DNA from: Treponema sp. CETP13 | Lineage (GTDB): Bacteria; Spirochaetota; Spirochaetia; Treponematales; Treponemataceae | Assembly: GCA_001885315.1 (NCBI GenBank) | Contig: MLPZ01000002.1 | Coordinates: forward strand, 75,365 to 139,364 | Direction: 5' to 3' | DNA length: 64,000 nt | Part shown: positions 25,457 through 36,202 of the stretch, piece after piece | Layout of the letters: each line of letters begins with the position of its first letter | Position numbering within the stretch: position 1 is the stretch's first letter | The notes under the pieces: generated by a model | Database searches by the model: none | Seen by the model: the letters and a program-made list of their open reading frames with translations, nothing else | What the model was told of the DNA's origin: nothing | Translations under genes and position numbers: made by a program

Positions 25457-28429
25457 ATGACAAAAGAACGACAAATTGAAGATAATTTTATTAAAAAGTT
25501 ACAAGAATTAAAATATGTGTATAGAGATGATATTTGTGATTTAGATTCTTTAAACCAAAACTTTCGTGAGAAATTTAATGCATTAAATAAAGTTAACTTT
25601 ACAGATTCTGAATTTGCACGGTTGTTAGATGATATTGTTAGTCCTGATGTCTTTAAATCTGCAAAAAAACTTCGAGAGCGCAACTCTTTTGAGCGAGAAG
25701 ATGGCACGCCTTTAAATTATACATTAGTAAACACAAAAGACTGGTGTAAAAATAGCTTTGAGTGTGTAAATCAGTTGCGAATAAATACTGAAAACAGTAA
25801 TCAAAGATATGATGTTATTCTTTTAATTAATGGTATACCGGTTGTTCAAGTAGAATTAAAAGCTTTAGCTATTAGCCCTCGTAGAGCAATGCAGCAAATA
25901 GTTGAATATAAAAATGAGCGGGGAAACGGTTATGGGCGAACACTTTTGTGCTTTATGCAAATATTTGTTGTAAGTAATCGCAGTAACACCTGGTATTTTG
26001 CAAATAATAACACTAAATATTTTAGTTTTGATGCGGATGAGCATTTTTTACCATTATATGAATTTGCAGATAAAGATAATAAAAAAATAACGCATCTTGA
26101 TGATTTTTCTGATAACTTTTTGCAAAAGTGCACATTAGGTGAAATGATAAGTCGTTATATGGTTCTTGTTGAGTGTGAGCAAAAGCTAATGATGATGCGT
26201 CCATATCAAATTTATGCTGTAAAAGCTATTGTTGATTGCATTCATCAAAATCGTGGCAACGGATATATTTGGCATACAACCGGAAGTGGTAAAACACTGA
26301 CTTCATTTAAAGCTTCAACATTGCTTAAAGATAATGACGATATTAAAAAATGTCTTTTTGTAGTTGATCGAAAAGATCTTGATAGACAAACACGACAAGA
26401 ATTTAACAAATTTCAAAAAGGCTGTGTAGAAGAAAATACAAATACCGAAACACTTGTAGAAAGACTTTTATCTACTAATTATGCAGATAAAGTTATTGTA
26501 ACAACAATTCAAAAATTAGGGATTGCTTTAGATGGCACAAATAAAAAAAATTATAAAGAACGCTTAGAACCACTACGAAAGAGCAGAGTTGTTTTTATTT
26601 TTGATGAATGTCATCGCTCTCAATTTGGAAAAAATAATCTTGCAATAAAAGAGTTTTTTCCCAATTCGCAGTTGTTTGGATTTACAGGAACGCCAATTTT
26701 TGAAGAAAATGCGAGTCAAGTACAAATAGAGGGACAGGAAAAGTCTTATAGAACTACAGAGGATATTTTCCAAAAATTGCTCCATTCATATACAATAACA
26801 AATGCTATAGAAGACAGAAATGTTCTTCGGTTTCATATTGAATATTATAAACCAGAAGGCAAATTGATACCAAAACCGGGAGAGTCATTAAGTCAAGAAG
26901 CCATTGTAAATGCTATTTTAGAAAAACATTATAAAGCTACCGCAAATCGAGAGTTTAATGCGTTGTTTGCAACTTCGTCTATAAATCAAGCAATCGAATA
27001 TTATAAATTATTTAAACTAATTCAAACTAAGAAATTAGAAGAGAATCCTAAATATGTGCTTTTAAACATTGCCTGCGTATTTTCTCCGCCTGCTGATGGC
27101 AACAAAGATATTTTGCAGATACAAGAAGATCTACTGCAAGAAAAGTTAGATAATCAAGAAAAACCAGAAGAAAAAAAACAGGCTCTAAAAGAAATTATCA
27201 GTGATTATAATTTTCAATATGGGACTAATCATGATATTGCTAATTTTGACCTTTATTATCAGGATATTCAAAAACGCATAAAAGATCAGCAATATTCTAA
27301 TTCTGATTATTCTGATAATAAAAAAATAGACATTACAATTGTTGTTGATATGCTTTTAACAGGGTTTGATTCAAAATATCTAAACACAGTCTATGTTGAT
27401 AAGACTCTTAAATACCATGGTTTAATTCAAGCTTTTTCACGGACAAATCGTGTATTAAATGATACAAAACCCTATGGAAATATACTTGATTTTCGCGGTC
27501 AACAAGACGCAGTTAATGAAGCTATAGCTCTGTTTTCTGGTGAAGAAAATAATAGAGAAAAAGAAATTTGGTTAGTTGATCCTGCTCCAGTCATAATTAC
27601 AAAATTAGATGAAGCTGTTTCAAGTTTAAATACATTTATGACATCTCAAGGTCTAAAATGTGCTCCAGAAGAAGTTGCAAATCTTAAAGGAGATGAATCT
27701 CGGGGGCAATTTGTCAATTTATTTAAAGAAGTTCAACGATTAAAAACACAGATAGATCAATATACAGATTTAACAGAAGATGAAAAAGAGCAAGTTGAAC
27801 AAGTTTTACCGCAAGATGATTTGTATAGTTTTAGGGGTGTGTATTTAGAGACTGCTGCACGACTTAAATTAAAACAAGATACCTCATGGAAAGAAGAAAC
27901 GACGGATATAATTCAGAATCTTGATTTTGAATTTGTTCTTTTTGCTTCAGCCATGATTGATTACGATTATATTATGCAATTAATATCTGAGTATACTCAA
28001 AATACACCAGAAAAACAAAATGTATCACGTGAAGAATTAATAGGTTTAATAGCTTCCGATTCAAAATTTATAGAAGAAAAAGAGAATATTTCAGAATATA
28101 TTGCAACTTTAAAAACAGGCAAGGGGTTGTCCGAAAACGAAATTCGCAATGGTTATGAGCTTTTTAAAGCCAAAAAATATGATGCTGAAATTGCAACCAT
28201 CGCACAAAAGCATAAACTGCAACAAACTGATTTAAAAGCGTTTATTACTGATGTGGTAACGAGATTAATATTTGATGGAGATGCCTTAACCGATTTATTT
28301 GAACCATTAGAATTAGGTTGGAAAGTCCGCTCAAAAGCTGAAGGTGCATTAGTAAAAGATTTATCGCCTTTATTGCACAAAATGGCACATGATAGAGAAA
28401 TCTCAGGATTAAAAGCTTATGAAGAATAG
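25457..28429 (+). CDS. hsdR: Type I restriction enzyme R subunit
   Basis: N-terminal PD-(D/E)xK nuclease (YDVILLINGIPVVQVELK), helicase motif I HTTGSGKT, motif II FDECHRSQ, and ..LLTGFDS.. and ..QAFSRTNR.. motifs. 990 aa. Confidence 0.9.
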   Translation: MTKERQIEDNFIKKLQELKYVYRDDICDLDSLNQNFREKFNALNKVNFTDSEFARLLDDIVSPDVFKSAKKLRERNSFEREDGTPLNYTLVNTKDWCKNSFECVNQLRINTENSNQRYDVILLINGIPVVQVELKALAISPRRAMQQIVEYKNERGNGYGRTLLCFMQIFVVSNRSNTWYFANNNTKYFSFDADEHFLPLYEFADKDNKKITHLDDFSDNFLQKCTLGEMISRYMVLVECEQKLMMMRPYQIYAVKAIVDCIHQNRGNGYIWHTTGSGKTLTSFKASTLLKDNDDIKKCLFVVDRKDLDRQTRQEFNKFQKGCVEENTNTETLVERLLSTNYADKVIVTTIQKLGIALDGTNKKNYKERLEPLRKSRVVFIFDECHRSQFGKNNLAIKEFFPNSQLFGFTGTPIFEENASQVQIEGQEKSYRTTEDIFQKLLHSYTITNAIEDRNVLRFHIEYYKPEGKLIPKPGESLSQEAIVNAILEKHYKATANREFNALFATSSINQAIEYYKLFKLIQTKKLEENPKYVLLNIACVFSPPADGNKDILQIQEDLLQEKLDNQEKPEEKKQALKEIISDYNFQYGTNHDIANFDLYYQDIQKRIKDQQYSNSDYSDNKKIDITIVVDMLLTGFDSKYLNTVYVDKTLKYHGLIQAFSRTNRVLNDTKPYGNILDFRGQQDAVNEAIALFSGEENNREKEIWLVDPAPVIITKLDEAVSSLNTFMTSQGLKCAPEEVANLKGDESRGQFVNLFKEVQRLKTQIDQYTDLTEDEKEQVEQVLPQDDLYSFRGVYLETAARLKLKQDTSWKEETTDIIQNLDFEFVLFASAMIDYDYIMQLISEYTQNTPEKQNVSREELIGLIASDSKFIEEKENISEYIATLKTGKGLSENEIRNGYELFKAKKYDAEIATIAQKHKLQQTDLKAFITDVVTRLIFDGDALTDLFEPLELGWKVRSKAEGALVKDLSPLLHKMAHDREISGLKAYEE

Positions 28430-29699
28430 TAAAACTAAAACAGCAGTCCCAAAATTACGATTCCCCGAGTTTCAAGATACAGAGGCTTGGAAATTTAAAG
28501 AATTATTAAAAATGAGTAATCATTTAGTTGATAAAGTCGGTGATGCAATATACCCCACTGTAAGTATTGCTGCTGGATTTGGCTTTGTAACTCAAAAAGA
28601 AAGATTTGGACGGGATATTTCAGGAAAACAATATAAAAATTATATTTTATTAAAAAAAGGTGATTTTGCTTATAATAAAGGTAATTCAAAGAAATACCCT
28701 CAAGGTTGTATTTATGAATTAAATAAATTTGATGTTGTAGCAGCCCCCAATGCTTTTATATGTTTTCGCTTAAAAAAATATTATATAGCAAGTTTTTATA
28801 AACAATATTTCCAAGCTAATTATCATGCTGAACAATTAAAAAAATATATTACTAGTGGAGCAAGAAGTGATGGTTTATTAAATATCAATCAAAATAATTT
28901 TTTTTCAATAATTTTACCTTCTCCAAAAAAAGAAGAGCAACAAAAAATAGCTGATTGCCTTTCTTCTATTGATGAACTTATTACTTTACATTCAAAAAAG
29001 CTTGATACGTTAAAAGACTATAAAAAAGGACTCTTACAACAACTTTTCCCTGTAGAGGGCGAAAGTATTCCGAAGTTAAGATTTCCTGAATTTGAGAATG
29101 ATGGAGAATGGAATCAATTTGCTCTTGGCGAGATTACATCGGTTTCTGCAGGAGGGACCCCTCTTAGTTTTAAAAGTGAATATTGGGATGGTAATATTCC
29201 ATGGATGAATTCAGGAGATTTAAATAAAAAGAAAATTTTTAGTGTTTTAAAAAAAATAACAGAGTTGGGATTAAAAAATTCTAGTACAAAATATATTCCT
29301 ACTAAATGTATATTAGTTGGTTTAGCGGGGCAGGGTAAAACAAGAGGCACTGTTGCTATCAATTATATAGAATTATGTACTAATCAATCAGTTGGAGCTA
29401 TTTATCCAAATACACAAATTTTTGTTAGTGAGTTTTTGTATTATAAAATGGATTCTATGTATAAGGTTTTAAGAAATATATCAAAAGTTGAAGGTGGCAG
29501 AGGGGGTTTAAATCTGCAAATGATTAAGGCTCTCCAAATATATTTACCTAAAATAAAAGAACAACAAAAGGTAGCTGATTGTTTAACTTCCTTGGATGAG
29601 CTGATAACTGCGCAATCGAAAAAAATTGAAACACTAAAGCAACACAAAAAAGGTTTATTGCAACAGTTGTTTCCGTCTCAACAGGAAGTAATTAGATGA
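28419..29699 (+). CDS. hsdS: Type I restriction enzyme specificity subunit (two TRDs)
   Basis: Duplicated conserved regions: PKLRFPEF at the start of each half, and QQK[IV]ADCL[ST]S[IL]DELIT..SKK..TLK..KKGLLQQLFP at the centre and C-terminus. Overlaps the hsdR end by 11 nt. Confidence 0.9.
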   Translation: MKNSKTKTAVPKLRFPEFQDTEAWKFKELLKMSNHLVDKVGDAIYPTVSIAAGFGFVTQKERFGRDISGKQYKNYILLKKGDFAYNKGNSKKYPQGCIYELNKFDVVAAPNAFICFRLKKYYIASFYKQYFQANYHAEQLKKYITSGARSDGLLNINQNNFFSIILPSPKKEEQQKIADCLSSIDELITLHSKKLDTLKDYKKGLLQQLFPVEGESIPKLRFPEFENDGEWNQFALGEITSVSAGGTPLSFKSEYWDGNIPWMNSGDLNKKKIFSVLKKITELGLKNSSTKYIPTKCILVGLAGQGKTRGTVAINYIELCTNQSVGAIYPNTQIFVSEFLYYKMDSMYKVLRNISKVEGGRGGLNLQMIKALQIYLPKIKEQQKVADCLTSLDELITAQSKKIETLKQHKKGLLQQLFPSQQEVIR

Positions 29700-30808
29700 G
29701 TAAAGCACTTTCTTATAAATCACTAGAAAAAGTTGTCACAAAATTACGAGGTGATCTTAATCCTGAGGATCCTAAATCTAAAAAATTTGTGTTACTTTAT
29801 GCTTATAATGGAACTGGTAAAACACGACTTTCTATGACTTTTAAAGATAGAGGCAGAGAGCATGACAATAGAGATACTTTATATTTTAATGCATATACAG
29901 AAGATCTTTTTTATTGGGATAATGACCTTGAAAATGATACAACACGAGTACTTAAAATAAATTCTAATTCAAAATTTTTTAATGGCTTTAAAGAACATGC
30001 ATTAGAAGAGAAAATTTATAAATATTTTAATCGCTATAGTGATTTACAATTTAAAATAGATTATAAATTGTGGTATATTACTTTTTCAAAAGGGGAAGCT
30101 ACGGATATAAAAATTTCACGTGGTGAAGAAAATATTTTTATTTGGTGTATCTTTCTTACTATCTGTGAACTTGTTATTGATGGGGATGAATTGTATGCAT
30201 GGGTAAAATATATTTATATAGATGATCCTATTTCTTCACTTGATGATAATAATGCAATATCGGTTGCTTCTGATTTATCAAATTTACTAAAAAATGAAAA
30301 TAATAAAGTAAAAACAGTTATTTCATCACATCATGCTCTCTTTTTTAACGTAATGTGTAATGAATTACGTAAGCAAAACTCTAAACAATATTTCCTTTAT
30401 CATGATAAAGATTTAGAAAAATATAAACTTTCTACGACCGGAGATACACCTTTTTTCTATCATTTGGCGATGTTGGCAGAATTAAAAAAAGCAACAGACG
30501 CAGGTCGTTTATATACATATCATTTTAATATACTAAGAAATATTTTTGATAAAACATCTTCTTTTTTTGGATATAAAAACTTTTCGGCATGTATTGAAGA
30601 TATGGATGATGAAGAATTATATGCGCGTGCTTTAAATGTGTTGAGCCATGGTAATTATTCAATCTATGAACCAAAAGAAATGGGAATGGATTCAAAAGAT
30701 TTGTTTAGAAATATATTATATGCATTTCTTAATAAATATGATTTTAATTTAACAGGTTTTATACATGAAGAAGATAAGGAAACAATAAAAAATGGCAATG
30801 ACAGATAA
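29696..30808 (+). CDS. PrrC-like anticodon nuclease candidate (AAA_13-type NTPase + C-terminal nuclease region) embedded in the R-M operon
   Basis: Walker A YNGTGKTRLS, ABC-signature-like ISRGEENIF, Walker B YIYIDDPISSLD. The C-terminus has LRNIFD...(about 32 aa)...LSHGN, i.e. an Arg/acidic(+4)/His arrangement like the PrrC ACNase triad. ATGA overlap with hsdS, and a 17-nt overlap with hsdM. Confidence 0.6.
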   Translation: MSKALSYKSLEKVVTKLRGDLNPEDPKSKKFVLLYAYNGTGKTRLSMTFKDRGREHDNRDTLYFNAYTEDLFYWDNDLENDTTRVLKINSNSKFFNGFKEHALEEKIYKYFNRYSDLQFKIDYKLWYITFSKGEATDIKISRGEENIFIWCIFLTICELVIDGDELYAWVKYIYIDDPISSLDDNNAISVASDLSNLLKNENNKVKTVISSHHALFFNVMCNELRKQNSKQYFLYHDKDLEKYKLSTTGDTPFFYHLAMLAELKKATDAGRLYTYHFNILRNIFDKTSSFFGYKNFSACIEDMDDEELYARALNVLSHGNYSIYEPKEMGMDSKDLFRNILYAFLNKYDFNLTGFIHEEDKETIKNGNDR

Positions 30809-32396
30809 GACACAACTTGGTAAAGGTTTATGGGCAATTGCAAATGATTTACGAGGTTCAATGAATCCTGATGATTTTCGTGATTATATGTTCTCTTTCC
30901 TATTTTTGAGATATCTCTCTGATAATTATAAAAACGCAGCAAAAAAAGAACTTGGGTCTGATTATCCTCAAACTGAAAAATCACCGTTGCTTGTTTGGTA
31001 TAATAATAATGAAGAAGATATACCTGCGTTTGAAAAGCAAATGCGACGTAAAACTCATTATATTATTAAACCTGCTTATATGTGGGATACTATTTGTGAG
31101 CTTGCAAGAAAACAAGATAAAGAATTACTTAATATACTCGAAAAAGGCTTTAAATATATAGAAAATGAGTCGTTTGATAGTACTTTTCAAGGTCTTTTTT
31201 CTGAAATTAATTTGTCTTCAGAAAAGCTCGGAAAAGATTATGCAGCACGAAACTCAAAATTATGTACTATAATTACTACAATTTCACAAAAGATTTCAGA
31301 ATTATCAACTTCAAGTGATATGTTAGGTGATGCTTACGAGTATCTAATTGGGCAATTTGCAGCAGGTTCAGGTAAAAAAGCAGGTGAGTTTTATACTCCG
31401 CAACAAATATCTACTGTTCTTTCGGAAATTGTAACCCTAGATAGTCAAGATCCAACAACTGGCAAAAAGAAAAGAATAGAAAATGTTTTAGATTTTGCTT
31501 GTGGTTCCGGTTCTCTTTTATTAAATGTACGCAAACAACTTGGTGAACATGGTATTGGAAAAATCTATGGGCAAGAAAAAAACATTACCACGTATAACTT
31601 AGCTAGAATGAATATGCTCTTGCATGGAATTAAAGATTCTGAATTTGAAATCCATCATGGTGATTCATTACTTAACGATTGGAATATTTTGAACGAAATG
31701 AATCCTTCCAAAAAAATGAATTTTGATGCTGTTGTTGCAAATCCACCGTTTAGTTATCGGTGGTCACCAAGTGAAGCTATGGGTGAAGATTTCCGGTTTA
31801 AAGATTATGGTTTAGCACCTAAGTCAGCCGCTGATTTTGCTTTTTTACTACATGGTTTTCATTTCCTGTCTCAATCAGGCACAATGGCTATAATTTTACC
31901 CCATGGGGCATTATTTAGAGGTGGATCGGAAGCAAAAATCCGCACAAAATTATTAGAAGATGGCAATATTGATACTATTATTGGCCTTCCTGCTAATTTG
32001 TTTTATTCAACAGGAATTCCTGTTTGCATTATAGTTCTAAAAAAATGTAAAAAGCCAGATGATATACTTTTTATTGATGCAAGTGGTAAAGGAAACTATG
32101 AAAAAGGTAAAAATCAAAACTTTTTAACTGATGAAAATGTTAAAAAAATTGTTTCTACCTATCAATATCGAAAAGTAGAAAAACGCTATTCTCGTGTAGT
32201 GACATTAGATGAAATTAAAGATAATGAATATAACTTAAATATTTCTCGCTATATCAGTACTGCTGTGCCAGAACCCGAAATAGATCTAGAAGTCGTTCAC
32301 AAAGATTTAGTTGATTTAGAAAAAGAAATTACAGAAGCCACTAAAAAACATAACATATTCTTAAAAGAACTGGGCTTACCTGAATTACCAAAATAG
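30792..32396 (+). CDS. hsdM: Type I R-M N6-adenine DNA methyltransferase subunit
   Basis: N-terminal HsdM_N (..LWAIANDLRG..), AdoMet motif LDFACGSGSLL, catalytic VVANPPFS. 534 aa. Confidence 0.9.
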   Translation: MAMTDKTQLGKGLWAIANDLRGSMNPDDFRDYMFSFLFLRYLSDNYKNAAKKELGSDYPQTEKSPLLVWYNNNEEDIPAFEKQMRRKTHYIIKPAYMWDTICELARKQDKELLNILEKGFKYIENESFDSTFQGLFSEINLSSEKLGKDYAARNSKLCTIITTISQKISELSTSSDMLGDAYEYLIGQFAAGSGKKAGEFYTPQQISTVLSEIVTLDSQDPTTGKKKRIENVLDFACGSGSLLLNVRKQLGEHGIGKIYGQEKNITTYNLARMNMLLHGIKDSEFEIHHGDSLLNDWNILNEMNPSKKMNFDAVVANPPFSYRWSPSEAMGEDFRFKDYGLAPKSAADFAFLLHGFHFLSQSGTMAIILPHGALFRGGSEAKIRTKLLEDGNIDTIIGLPANLFYSTGIPVCIIVLKKCKKPDDILFIDASGKGNYEKGKNQNFLTDENVKKIVSTYQYRKVEKRYSRVVTLDEIKDNEYNLNISRYISTAVPEPEIDLEVVHKDLVDLEKEITEATKKHNIFLKELGLPELPK

Positions 32397-32447
32397 TGTG
32401 CAATTATTATAAATGATTGGGTGTTTCAATAGGCTGGGGGAAAAAGT

Positions 32448-33488
32448 ATGAAAGATGATTTAATACAATCTGAAATTATTCTCTATAAAACTGAAGATGG
32501 CAATGTAAAAGTAGATACTGTTTTACAAAATGAAACCATTTGGCTGACTCAAGCTCAGATGGCCGATCTGTTTGGAGTGAATGTACCTGCTGTTTCTAAA
32601 CATTTAAAAAATATTTTTGACGAAGGGGAACTAAATCGCGAAGCAACTGTTTCCAAAATGGAAACAGTTCAAACTGAAGGTGAACGGATCGTAAATCGCG
32701 AAAAAGATTTTTACAATCTAGATGCAATAATTGCAGTGGGATACCGTGTCAATTCAAAGAGGGCTACTCAGTTTCGTATTTGGGCTACTAATATACTCAA
32801 AGAATACATCATAAAGGGTTTTGCCATGAATGATGAGCGCCTAAAACAGTCTGATCATTGGGATTATTTTGATGAGTGGTTGGAACGTATTCGGGATATT
32901 CGGGCTTCTGAAAAACGGTTTTATCAGAAAATATGTGATATTTATACAACGGCTATTGATTACGATAAACATTCGGATCAGGCGAGACTTTTTTTCAAAA
33001 AAGTTCAAAATAAAATGCTTTTGGCTATTACGGGAAAAACTGCTGCAGAGCTTATTGAAGCGCGGAGTAATGCAAATGTCCCAAATATGGGATTAACATC
33101 TTGGAAAGGTTCTCTTGTACGAAAACAGGATGTAGATGTAGCTAAAAATTATCTTAAAACAGATGAAATAAAAGAGCTTAATGAAATCGTAACCATGTAT
33201 CTTGATTATGCAGAACATCAAGCAAAACGACGAAAAACAATCACAATGGCTCAATGGTCGGATAAGCTGGATGCCTTTTTAGAATTTAATGAACATGAAT
33301 TACTTACAGATGCTGGGAAAATAAGAGCTGAAGTTGCAAAGAAGATTGCTGAAGAGCGTTATGAGGAATTTGATAAAAAACGAAAAACTGAAGAAGCCCA
33401 AAAAGCTGATGAAGATGATTTAAAGGAACTTGAAAAAATAGAAAAAAAACTATTAGAAAATAAGAAAGATGGTAATAAAAGTTTATAA
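32448..33488 (+). CDS. rhuM: RhuM-family protein
   Basis: N-terminus ..IILYKTEDGNVKVDTVLQNETIWLTQAQMADLFGVNVPAVSKHLKNIF.. and ..AVGYRVNSKRATQFRIWAT.. are the typical RhuM signature. Confidence 0.75.
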   Translation: MKDDLIQSEIILYKTEDGNVKVDTVLQNETIWLTQAQMADLFGVNVPAVSKHLKNIFDEGELNREATVSKMETVQTEGERIVNREKDFYNLDAIIAVGYRVNSKRATQFRIWATNILKEYIIKGFAMNDERLKQSDHWDYFDEWLERIRDIRASEKRFYQKICDIYTTAIDYDKHSDQARLFFKKVQNKMLLAITGKTAAELIEARSNANVPNMGLTSWKGSLVRKQDVDVAKNYLKTDEIKELNEIVTMYLDYAEHQAKRRKTITMAQWSDKLDAFLEFNEHELLTDAGKIRAEVAKKIAEERYEEFDKKRKTEEAQKADEDDLKELEKIEKKLLENKKDGNKSL

Positions 33489-33598
33489 TTGGAGTTTTCC
33501 ATGGGTAAAAAATTAACAGTATATTTAATAGATGGATACTATTGTTTACTAAAAGCAATAGCAATGAGGGGTAAGTGACTACAGCTATAATAATGTTG

Positions 33599-36202
33599 CT
33601 AAAATAAACTTCCTATGAGATCAGATTTATTTATATCTAGTTGTGCAGACGGAAATAAAGCTGCCCCTTTTATGGATTGCTTTTTGGATAATAAAATATT
33701 AAGCTTTTCATCAAAGGTTGTAAGGCCTGCTATTTTACCTATAAAAGTATAAACATGAACTGTTTTTTGTTGGCCTATTCTGTAAACTCGATCAGTAGCC
33801 TGATCTTCTTTTGCAGGATTCCAATGTCTACTAAAATGAATAACATTATTAGCTTCTGTAATAGTTAACCCCACTCCAGCAGCTATAGGAGACATAATAA
33901 TTACATTAAATCCTTTTGTATTTTTAAATCGTGCTAAAATTGAAGTACGAGCTACTATACTTGTGCTACCATTGAATATTTGAGGACTGATGCAAAATTC
34001 CTGATTAATAATATCTGCTAGTATATTTTGTGTATGAATGAATTCAGCAAATATTATTACTTTTTCGTTTTTATCTTTTATATTTTTTAATATTTTCTTT
34101 AGTATAATTGTTTTTGCCGTATCTTGCATAGAATATGTACCGGTATCAAATTTGTTAATAAAACTGTAATGATCTGAAACTTGTCGTAATTTTTGTAATA
34201 TTTGCAACTTATCAGACAACGAACGATGCTCTGTTGCCAATGCTAAAACTTGTTGATATACATTCCTTTGCTTTGAGGGCATATATTCAGTCACAGTAAT
34301 CAATTCTTTCTTTGGTAAATCTGGGAGATTATTAATTTTAAGTCGCCTTAAAAATATTTTATCTAATTTACATCTAATTTTTTTACCTTTATCACTTATT
34401 ACGCTATCGTCTTCGTCTCCGTCTAAACGGAATTCTTGCATAAATTGTTTATGTGATCCTAATAAGCCTGGTGATACAAAATCTGAAATAGCCCAAATAT
34501 CAGAAAATGAATTTTCTACAGGTGTTCCAGTTGCGGCTATTTTAAATTGAGCTTTTAGAGCTCGAACTGTTCTGTTTGTTAATGTTTTTGGATTTTTAAT
34601 TCGTTGTGCTTCATCCAATATTACTACATCCCATTGTATTTTTATATAAAGATCACAATTACGGATGTTTTCATAACTTGCAATATACAAAGTTGGATAG
34701 ATGTTTTTTATATGTCCTATTTGATTTTGTAATAAATTTTTTAGTGGTTGCCTATTATTAGAAGCTAAAATTATTTTGTATTTTTGTTGCTTAAAAAATT
34801 TACTATATTCATTTTTCCAGTTCTGTTTTAACGATGCTGGTACAATAAGTAATATATTTAAGTTTTTATCAGCAATTGATTGAATAAACGAAAGCAGTTG
34901 AAAAGTTTTCCCCAATCCCATATCATCGGCAAGTATACAGCCTGAAAATTTATCGCAATATAACGAATATAGCCAAGCAATTCCTTCTCTTTGGTATTTT
35001 TTTGGTATTATTCCTTCTTTATACTCTTTAATAATATTAGGAAAGAGATACTTGTCTAATAAATTAATATTGCTTTCAGAATAATCTACTATTTCTTCAT
35101 TATCTTTTATATTAAGGGTTTTAAGTAGTTTTTTTTCATGTTCACTTTGATTTAATGAGATTGTTTTTTCATCTAAAAATTTATCACTGTCTTCAAACCA
35201 TCTGTTATTACTAGTGTTGTTAATATTTAATTCTGGTTCATATAGTTTCCACCCAATAACACGATCTCCATAAAGATTTGAAACATCAACTAAATCATCG
35301 TTCCAATTTTCGGGTGGATTTAAAAGAAATTCTCTTAAGTCTTTAGGGGAAGCTTTTTCCATGTGTTTTATATCAGATAAAACTTTTGTTTGATCCTCCG
35401 ACAGCAATACTTTTATTGTTAAATCATTGGTTGATTTTACGTTATAAATAGTATCAGCAGATATTCTGTTTTCTACATGAGAGTTAAAGTCTTCTTGATT
35501 TATTTCGGGGATATCAATACCTGAAGTCATTTTAAAACCGTTTGATGTTTGTATTATATCAGGTACTATTTTTGTTGGTGAAACTATTTTTGTAGTTGCA
35601 TAATTTCTAACCATTGTTGCGTCAGCTTTTTTTACTGCTTGTTGTATTTTTTCGAGAGCCTGATATTTTTTTGTCTGATTAAAATGTTTCCAATCTTTAT
35701 TTATAATTTCTATTGTTTTATGGAGTAGATATTCATATATATTTATAGATCCATATACTTCTTTGGTTTTAGGAGTATACAAAATAATACCGTCTCGTAG
35801 TAATAATAAACTATCGATATTACCAAATCTTGAAATTGTTTTAGGATATTCTATTTTCCAAAAAGAATTTGAACTTGAAAAACTACCTTGTAAAGAGACA
35901 AAAGGCTGTCTTGATGTATTTTCAGGCGGGAAACCATAATCAAAAATCAGTTGTGTAAAGTCTTTTTTTGGTTCTTCATGGAGCAGAACATTTTCAACAA
36001 TATCTTCTAGTGATAACTGAAGTATACCGGTAGATAATAATTCTGAATTATCTTGAACAATCATACGAAATAAATTGAAATATTTTGAGTCTATTTTAGT
36101 AGCTTCTTCTGTTAGTTCTAAGTCAAAGCCGTAAGAATCTTTATATATAGTAAATCCATAAAATGTATAGATATCCTCTGAAACGAATTCAATGTTTTTC
36201 AT
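33599..36202 (-). CDS. zorD: Zorya type I ZorD-like SNF2-family helicase
   Basis: SNF2 motifs I LADDMGLGKT, II LDEAQRIKN, III ATGTPVEN, and C-terminal ..HWNPAKEDQATDRVYRIGQ... Last gene of the zorABCD-ordered operon, with a 4-nt overlap with the upstream gene. Confidence 0.75.
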   Translation of the reverse strand: MKNIEFVSEDIYTFYGFTIYKDSYGFDLELTEEATKIDSKYFNLFRMIVQDNSELLSTGILQLSLEDIVENVLLHEEPKKDFTQLIFDYGFPPENTSRQPFVSLQGSFSSSNSFWKIEYPKTISRFGNIDSLLLLRDGIILYTPKTKEVYGSINIYEYLLHKTIEIINKDWKHFNQTKKYQALEKIQQAVKKADATMVRNYATTKIVSPTKIVPDIIQTSNGFKMTSGIDIPEINQEDFNSHVENRISADTIYNVKSTNDLTIKVLLSEDQTKVLSDIKHMEKASPKDLREFLLNPPENWNDDLVDVSNLYGDRVIGWKLYEPELNINNTSNNRWFEDSDKFLDEKTISLNQSEHEKKLLKTLNIKDNEEIVDYSESNINLLDKYLFPNIIKEYKEGIIPKKYQREGIAWLYSLYCDKFSGCILADDMGLGKTFQLLSFIQSIADKNLNILLIVPASLKQNWKNEYSKFFKQQKYKIILASNNRQPLKNLLQNQIGHIKNIYPTLYIASYENIRNCDLYIKIQWDVVILDEAQRIKNPKTLTNRTVRALKAQFKIAATGTPVENSFSDIWAISDFVSPGLLGSHKQFMQEFRLDGDEDDSVISDKGKKIRCKLDKIFLRRLKINNLPDLPKKELITVTEYMPSKQRNVYQQVLALATEHRSLSDKLQILQKLRQVSDHYSFINKFDTGTYSMQDTAKTIILKKILKNIKDKNEKVIIFAEFIHTQNILADIINQEFCISPQIFNGSTSIVARTSILARFKNTKGFNVIIMSPIAAGVGLTITEANNVIHFSRHWNPAKEDQATDRVYRIGQQKTVHVYTFIGKIAGLTTFDEKLNILLSKKQSIKGAALFPSAQLDINKSDLIGSLF

